A DNA stretch of 17,546 bases, from NCBI GenBank assembly GCA_043228905.1, contig JBHGNT010000690.1:1-17546 (forward strand), given 5' to 3'. The position numbers and the translations under genes are program-made. Positions 10,989 through 17,546 of this stretch are shown piece by piece. Below the pieces are notes generated by a model that saw only the letters and a program-made list of their open reading frames with translations, did no database searches and was not told the DNA's origin. Positions within the stretch are counted from its first letter, which is position 1. Every line of letters begins with the position of its first letter. The DNA comes from Azolla caroliniana. Its lineage: Eukaryota; Plantae; Polypodiophyta.

Positions 10989-13441
10989 TGAATTAAAATT
11001 GAGTTAGTTGATTTCAGTTAGCAATTGTAGGAGGAGAAAAGTTTAGTGACATGATAATGGTTTGTGAAAACCATGATGAAAATATAGGCGATATCAGTTT
11101 GTAAAGATGGAACCAGGAAAGTTTAGGGCCAAGATAATGGTTTGAGGAAGCCATGATGATAAGATGTGGAATCAGAACAAATCAGTGGACAGGCAGGGAC
11201 GATTTTAGCAGCCATGATTAGTAGAAGATTGATGAAAGCATCACACGTTTGGTCTTTGAGAAGTGTTGTGATGACGTTTTAAGAAGACCATGATGAAAAT
11301 ACAGTTAATTTTAGTTAGTTCCCGTGGAATAAGATGGGAAAACGTCTAGGAAAAATTTTAGTAGCAAGATGATGTTTGAAGAAGCCCATGATGAAAATAT
11401 GGTTCATCTCAGATCGTGCAGGCTGAAATCAGAGCTAGTAAATGCTGGAACTAGTACGTGAAATTGCGCCACCCGTTTGCCTCACAAAGTTATTGTAACA
11501 TTTATATAAAGTTCGTTACATTGTGGGTCCGACTTCACCATAAGCTTCCTAATTCATGCACTAGAGATATTCAAAAGAGAGATTGTTTATTGCAGAGTAA
11601 CGATACAACACAGCTGAAATCCATTGCTGGTCTACTAATTTGTATTCGGTCTATGTTCATGAACATCTTGCAGGTTGAATAAAATGTTCTAAGGTAGACA
11701 AAGTCCTCCTTAGTATATTCATAATAAATCCACGAGAAAGAGAAATCAATTGCATATATGCTTCCATTCAATTGTTTATTTCCAAGTTGTTTTTCATTAT
11801 TAATAGCACTTCCTTATAATGGATTACAGCATTTTTCTCATCACTTTTTAGCTCATTGTTTTTTTCTTCCTTTTAATGGGTTTAAACAATGAGGAACAAC
11901 TTGTGAATGTCGAGTTGTTACTCTTTGACTTCTCTCAATCTCTCACGAGACCTATCACTACCATTTTCTTTTCTTTTTTAAGGAATAGAGGAATCTATAA
12001 CAGGTTATTACTAAAAAAGAGAAACAAGGAGAGAGATTTTATGTTTTGCTAACCATAGCCTTTAAATGCTCGAGAGTAAAACTAAACTGCACAACAGATT
12101 CAGTTAACGATTAAACTCCAGTGGTGAATTGTCTTGCTATCTATATTTATCCAATCTATTATGACATTCAACTATCCTGCATACTAATAATTGACGTTTC
12201 ATTTTGTACAAGTACTGCTATTTCTTAATGGTGATTATCTTATTCTGAAATTTGTATTATTTTTAGGATAGAAGCTTTCCTTATTTAGGACTTGGGAGAG
12301 TTTTATTATTGATTGCCTATGGTCTTTTAGGTTCCTCTTTAGATTTTACAAGAATCCAGGACATCCACATATAGTTGCTTGTAGTCATTACTTTTTAACA
12401 TGTATATCTTTAATCATGACACATGTCATGGTGAGATTCCTCTTTAGATTCTACAAGGATATCTAGCAATGCACACAATTGTTTCTTTGATAGACATTGC
12501 AATATATACATATTTGGTCATGATGTCTTTGAGTATTAATTTTAACAGTTTAACGTCTCCTCGGGCCCTCCTTGAAAACTAGGCATTGCCTTCAAATGAA
12601 CACAGATAAAGCCATGGGCTTCTCATTAATGATCAATTTAAGAAATAAAAAGAAAACGACCATCAGGGAGCCTTGGTTGGATTCTTTTGTTGGATCATAT
12701 TCTTTACGATTGATCATGGGCTTCTTCTTGCATCATTTCATATCAGTGCCTGGATTCTGCTGCTTGCTGTTCACCAGGTATATCAATAAAAGCACTACTC
12801 ATCAGCAGAGTATTAGGAGTATCATGAATCTGATTATTCTAATGGGTCATGTATTGATTACTCATAGTTCAGGGGTGCAATGGAATCTCCTCTAAAGGTG
12901 GTATCGTCTCTTCACTGGCACTTTCGTCATAAATCCAGCACTTCTGTTCTGCTGGGAAATAATCTATCATTTCCGGGCTCCGCTCCAATTTTCACTTCAT
13001 GTCCTAAATTGATCAATTCTTTTCCCTTTCTCATGCGTGAAAACGAGCGAAAATGAATGAACAAATAATATTTCTAATGCAGAAGCAACGGAAGCTCGTA
13101 GAGAAACCTTAAATTATTGGCTCACTTAAAGAAGTACTGCAGCCCGTTTAGTCCTAATTCTTCTCATAACCAATGTTTTCACTTTGATTTCGTTCAATCT
13201 CCTGTTATTTGGGTACATTCACGTGGGAATGGAAGAGATTCCGGCAGATCATGTTCACCATGAAGTCATATGAAATCGGATCTCGATTCTCCCTAGAATC
13301 TTCCTATTAGTTGCCATCAAAGACTTTTTGCTTGTTTTCCGTTCTTTATCAATGGGTTATTTCAAAGGGTGGCCTAAGGTCACCCCCATTAAATGAGAGT
13401 CCCGCCTCTCTTCGTTTAAGCGGGAAAAACGGGAAAGGGAG

Positions 13442-13449
13442 AGGCCAAT
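13442..13449 (+). repeat. 8 bp target-site duplication, left copy (AGGCCAAT)
   Basis: Identical to 17458-17465 and abuts the TIR; 8 bp is the typical hAT TSD length. Confidence 0.95.
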
Positions 13450-13470
13450 CAGGGCCTGAATTTGACGGGT
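13450..13470 (+). repeat. Left TIR of the hAT element (CAGGGCCTGAATTTGACGGGT)
   Basis: The reverse complement of 17437-17457 is CAGGGCAGGAATTTGACGGGT, differing at 2 positions. Confidence 0.95.
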
Positions 13471-13895
13471 TAGTCTTAAAGTTTTTTGACGGGCATTTTT
13501 TAAAGATGTATGTCATATGACGTAAGAGTGCAAAAATTAACATGTCATTTGACATACAAATTTCTTATAATGAAAAGCTCTATATGATGCTTCATTATTA
13601 TACATTTTATTACTATAGAAGGTACACAAATAGACACAACTACCTCGCAAAGATAATGAAATACAGAAAATAAATATCGTGTTAATGTTTTTTTTTTACC
13701 AAAAAAGTGTTAATGTTTTTTAAGCCAAAGTACAAACTATATATGTATCCATAATCATAATTCATTCTTGCAAAGTGGATACAATAAGCTTCAAACAAAT
13801 AATCATACAAATCGAATACTTAATCATCATATATTTCTTAAAGCCCAAAAAACACAAAAAAATGTTTATCATACCGGGACTCCTCATACTTATTA

Positions 13896-16097
13896 CTAAG
13901 CATTGTTCAATGATACTATCCTTCTCTCTTTCTCTTCAAACCAAAGGTTAAATATATCCCTCCAACAAATGTTTGATGTCTCTTGAGCATTCAAGGATAT
14001 AAACATCAAAGCATCTAAAGTTTCCAAAGATAAACCATTTCTAATATCATTTTTTATGATATTTTGACGTGAAAAGCCTCGTTCACATGCAGCTGTACTA
14101 ATAGGAATAGTCATACATAGTTGCCACAATTGCATAATACCCGGAAATAATTGCCACCAAGATTGTGCATTGCAACAAATATCCCATGCATCATGCATTC
14201 CTCTTCCTTTAGCAATTCTCACAAGCATACCAACAAAATCTTCTCGTTCATTGAAGCATCTTTTCATGTCAACAATTTGCCTATCAATGTTAAACTTCCC
14301 AATAAGTTTGTGCATCCATTCCTTTGTCTTTTTCTCTCTTTCATTTTCCTCAATGGGATATGAAGATGGATTAAACAACTTGATAGCATTGAAAAATGTA
14401 ACATCCGGGAAACGATTGTTTAAGGCATCAATAACATGTTGGACAAAAGTTTTTCCAATTCTAATGCATTCATCCAAACTACCATTTTCCGCATTACCAT
14501 TAAACATATTCAAGTTAGAATCATTATCTTCATTCTCACTATCAAGACCACTCATTATTCTTGATCGATTTGCTACCTCCTTTGGGTTTGGAATCGGTAT
14601 AAACTTCAATGGATGTGAATGAGTAACACTATCACATCGAATATATATGAGTATGCCATCTTTCACATTCGATAAAAAGCTTGCAAGAAACATAGACCCG
14701 GTGCCAAATGTTTCACACGATAAATATCTTCTTCGAAGTTTCTCATGGATCAAATCCAAGTGAACACCAAGCATAGTTACATCCATTAATTCCCTTTGGA
14801 ATTGCTCATTTAATTTATTTAATTCCACAAGAATATCTGCCAATAGGTGCAACATAAATTGCACTTGGAATATAGTAGCATACTCGTACCATTTTTTCTC
14901 ATGTTTTTCCCATTGTTCTAAAATTGCGGGCATAAGTGTAACTAGTCTCTCCATTACTTGGCCTCGAGATAACCATCTTATGGAGTGAATTTTAAGCACC
15001 TTCAAATCACCCTTACCATGTCGTTTCATTATCTCTTTTAGCTCCTTGTGTCTATTAGTTGACTTTCCCAACCAAGAGTATACTTTATTTGCAAATACAT
15101 CAAGGAAGCTAAACACATGGGCATGAGACATTATATATGCATCTTTTATGGCAAGTGCTTCACGATGTGCAATGCAATGTACTCCCAAAATATTAGGCAT
15201 CATGGATTGAAACTTAGAAATTGCACCATTGTTCTTCCCTATCATAGATGATGCCCCATCACTTGCAAAAGCCACAAGTTTTTTTAAATCTAAATTGCTC
15301 TCCAAAATGAATTCATTGATAGACTTGTAGATACCTTCAGCTTTCACATTTTCCACCGGAAGAAGTCGCGCAAATTTACAATGTGGCTCCCCTTTGCCAC
15401 CTTCACTTAAGTACAATACATAGATAATGAGGTGTTTTTCCAATGTACGATCAATGCTTTCATCAATCAAGATGGAGAAAAATGGACTTCCACGAATTTC
15501 ATCATACAAGAGTTTCCTTGTGTGGTTCTTAATGGCCATTAAGAATTCTCTTGCAGATTTAGCATTAGCATAAGCACCATATTCTTTTGAGGCAGGGGCG
15601 TTTGGAGTACCAAGTTCTCTTTGTAACATACATTGTTTTACATATTTCTCTAATGGAATATCATTGCAAGCATGAAAATGAACCAACTTCATGCATAAAA
15701 GTATCCTCTCATATTCTAAATGCATGATTTCTGAAATTTTGTCATCCATTGGGCCTTTCACATTTGCATTTTCCTTTTGTCTTTTTGCATTATACATGGC
15801 ACTTGCTATCACATGATCGGATGACTTTGCATGTTCATTCAATGAAGACATTTGCATGATTTGAGATCCACCATCCGCAAATACATTGTTCTTTCTTGCA
15901 TCTTCACACCACATGCATTTGATTATATCATCACCTAATAGGGACTTTGTCACATATGCCCATGGGTGAAGCAAAGTCCATTGGTTTCTCCACTTTCTTT
16001 TTTGTTTGTTATAAGAAGATCTCGACTCATTTGTGTTTGTAACCACCTCGTGCTCATTATTTGGAGCATCATTAACATGTGTTGCCTTGCAAAACAT
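13896..16097 (-). CDS. hAT transposase (ZNF862/C17orf113-like group), at least 733 aa; probably 748 aa as complement(join(13896..16140,16307..16308))
   Basis: N-terminal W-W-CxxC...H...H zinc finger (CMWC...LNEHAKSSDH); catalytic DDE contexts FFSILIDESID, FASDGASS and STAACERGFSRQN; CxxH motif (HCIAH); RWLS motif; C-terminal hAT dimerisation region. No stops or frameshifts. Confidence 0.93.
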   Translation of the reverse strand: MFCKATHVNDAPNNEHEVVTNTNESRSSYNKQKRKWRNQWTLLHPWAYVTKSLLGDDIIKCMWCEDARKNNVFADGGSQIMQMSSLNEHAKSSDHVIASAMYNAKRQKENANVKGPMDDKISEIMHLEYERILLCMKLVHFHACNDIPLEKYVKQCMLQRELGTPNAPASKEYGAYANAKSAREFLMAIKNHTRKLLYDEIRGSPFFSILIDESIDRTLEKHLIIYVLYLSEGGKGEPHCKFARLLPVENVKAEGIYKSINEFILESNLDLKKLVAFASDGASSMIGKNNGAISKFQSMMPNILGVHCIAHREALAIKDAYIMSHAHVFSFLDVFANKVYSWLGKSTNRHKELKEIMKRHGKGDLKVLKIHSIRWLSRGQVMERLVTLMPAILEQWEKHEKKWYEYATIFQVQFMLHLLADILVELNKLNEQFQRELMDVTMLGVHLDLIHEKLRRRYLSCETFGTGSMFLASFLSNVKDGILIYIRCDSVTHSHPLKFIPIPNPKEVANRSRIMSGLDSENEDNDSNLNMFNGNAENGSLDECIRIGKTFVQHVIDALNNRFPDVTFFNAIKLFNPSSYPIEENEREKKTKEWMHKLIGKFNIDRQIVDMKRCFNEREDFVGMLVRIAKGRGMHDAWDICCNAQSWWQLFPGIMQLWQLCMTIPISTAACERGFSRQNIIKNDIRNGLSLETLDALMFISLNAQETSNICWRDIFNLWFEEKERRIVSLNNA

Positions 16098-16224
16098 AGT
16101 CTTAATAGAATGTTGTTGTGCTTGGTTCTTTGTTTTCCCCCTGAAATTATTTAAATAATAGACATCTAAAAATGTACTAAAAGTATTTCATTTCACTATA
16201 ATAGAGACATTGAAGTTATTGTTT

Positions 16225-16975
16225 AGGTATTAAGGTAATACAAAAACAATATTGTATAATAACTTGTTAAATGAACATAATATGATAGATATTCATGGTA
16301 ACTTACATTTTTAAAATGTAGTTAAAAAATGTTGAAGGTTGAAGGCTGTTTTTGTTCTATTCCCACTGCACAAAAAGGCTACATAGAATCAATAATTTTT
16401 AATTGGAACAATAGCTTGCTACCTAATAGTAAGTACTCACCTTTTCCTATACTAATAAGTTATTATTAACCCTAATTTTTTAATAAAGCATAGTAAAACG
16501 TAATAAGTATGTATAAAACAATAGGTTAGTAAAACATTTAGTTTAAAAAAACTTAAAATCAAACCTTATTGAAATGAAATACTTTTAGTTTATTTTTAGA
16601 GGTATTAAGGTAATACAAAAACAATATAATAACTTGCTAAATGAACATAATATGATAGATGATCATGGTAACTTACATTTTTAAACTGTAGTTAAAAAAT
16701 GTTGAAGGTTGAAGGATGTTTTTCTTTGTTCTATTCTTGCTGCACAAAAGGCTACATAAAATCAATCATTTTTAAGTTGAAAAATAACTTGTTACCTAGC
16801 AGTAAGTAGTAAGTAGTAAGTACTCACCTTTTTCCTATACTAAAAAGTTATTACTAACCCTAATTTTTTAATAAAGCACAGTAATAAGTATTAAGTATTA
16901 AGTAATAAGTAATAAGTATGTATAAAAAAGTAGGTTAGTAAAACATTTACTTTAAGAAAACTTAAAATCAAACCT
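16225..16975. repeat. Diverged tandem duplication inside the transposon leader (about 16225-16566 and 16600-16975, period about 375 bp)
   Basis: Both copies start AGGTATTAAGGTAATACAAAAACAATA and end CTTAAAATCAAACCT. They are collinear throughout, with substitutions and small slippage expansions (AGTAAGT, TAAGTAA) in copy 2. Confidence 0.92.
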
Positions 16976-17100
16976 AGAGTGACTAGTCTACACTCTAGTA
17001 TTTTTTAGAGTATTTAATAAAGCACCAAGGTTATTGTTTAAAATTTAAATTGATTTGGGGATTCATCATTACAATTTATATGATATTATTTTAAGCGTGT

Positions 17101-17105
17101 TATAA

Positions 17106-17136
<31 letters not shown>

Positions 17137-17140
17137 TATA
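17101..17140. repeat. (TA)n tract inside the transposon
   Basis: Read directly from the sequence. Confidence 0.8.
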
Positions 17141-17436
17141 TTAAAATTTAGTATATTACACACTTCATACTATATAGTCAAATTGAATCTTGATACTACA
17201 TACATGATAGTATGATAGTACATATATTTAAATTTTATATGACAATATGTGGTATATATATATAATATATATGAATAATGACATAGAAAATAAAATTTTA
17301 GCATGTCATTTGACATGTATAATTTTAAGGGGCCTTTCACATGAAAAGGAAAATTTTATACTTTATATGTCACTTGACGGACATTTTTAGTAGGTGTATG
17401 TTTTTGACGGGCAAAATGGCCTTTGACGGGCATGAC

Positions 17437-17457
17437 ACCCGTCAAATTCCTGCCCTG
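17437..17457 (-). repeat. Right TIR of the hAT element
   Basis: ACCCGTCAAATTCCTGCCCTG is an inverted match to 13450-13470. Confidence 0.95.
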
Positions 17458-17465
17458 AGGCCAAT
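17458..17465 (+). repeat. 8 bp target-site duplication, right copy (AGGCCAAT)
   Basis: Identical to 13442-13449. Confidence 0.95.
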
Positions 17466-17546
17466 ATGCTTCAACATTCGAAGATAAAGAGCGCAGATTG
17501 CCCCTGAACTACGAGTAGCACTCGCTCTGTCATGGATAGACAATCT

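Larger units (their letters stand above)
13450..17457 (-). mobile_element. Full-length, probably autonomous hAT-superfamily DNA transposon, 4008 bp
   Basis: 21 bp terminal inverted repeats starting CAGGG (19/21 match), identical 8 bp flanks AGGCCAAT, an internal intact hAT transposase, and clustered subterminal TGAC/GTCA motifs. Confidence 0.96.

Noticed and set aside
14151-14622. Plus-strand ORFs of 70 and 150 aa inside the transposase, and antisense ORFs within PUB exon 4 and the PDX1 end
   Set aside because: Shadow frames opposite real coding sequence, with no recognisable motifs.
16165-16600. The 31 bp inverted repeat as TIRs of a nested MITE
   Set aside because: No target-site duplication, and the enclosed DNA is the transposon's own leader cassette.
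12859-17517. 16/17 inverted match TACTC(A/G)TAGTTCAGGGG (12859-12875 versus 17501-17517) as TIRs of an older host element
   Set aside because: It does not extend outward and has no TSD; one such match can arise by chance in a 17.5 kb self-comparison.

Overview
AT-rich land-plant nuclear DNA with spliceosomal introns and microsatellites; the lineage cannot be fixed from the sequence alone. It holds three main elements. (1) A PDX1 vitamin B6 (PLP) synthase gene on the + strand, with an intronless CDS at 2704-3633 and a probable 1.4 kb 5'UTR intron. (2) A four-exon UND/U-box/ARM E3 ligase gene of the PUB13/PUB14 type on the + strand (8505-10988, 633 aa). (3) A complete, apparently young 4008 bp hAT DNA transposon at 13450-17457, with 21 bp TIRs, a perfect 8 bp TSD (AGGCCAAT) and an uninterrupted minus-strand transposase. 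The most interesting signal is in the transposon leader. The transposase start codon appears to form only after splicing (AT|G across a 166 bp intron), which adds an N-terminal PIP-box-like peptide. The small exon carrying the AT has been tandemly duplicated with its splice sites intact, and a 31 bp inverted repeat brackets the proximal copy. All splice models are inferred from sequence only. I found no RNA genes or CRISPR arrays.
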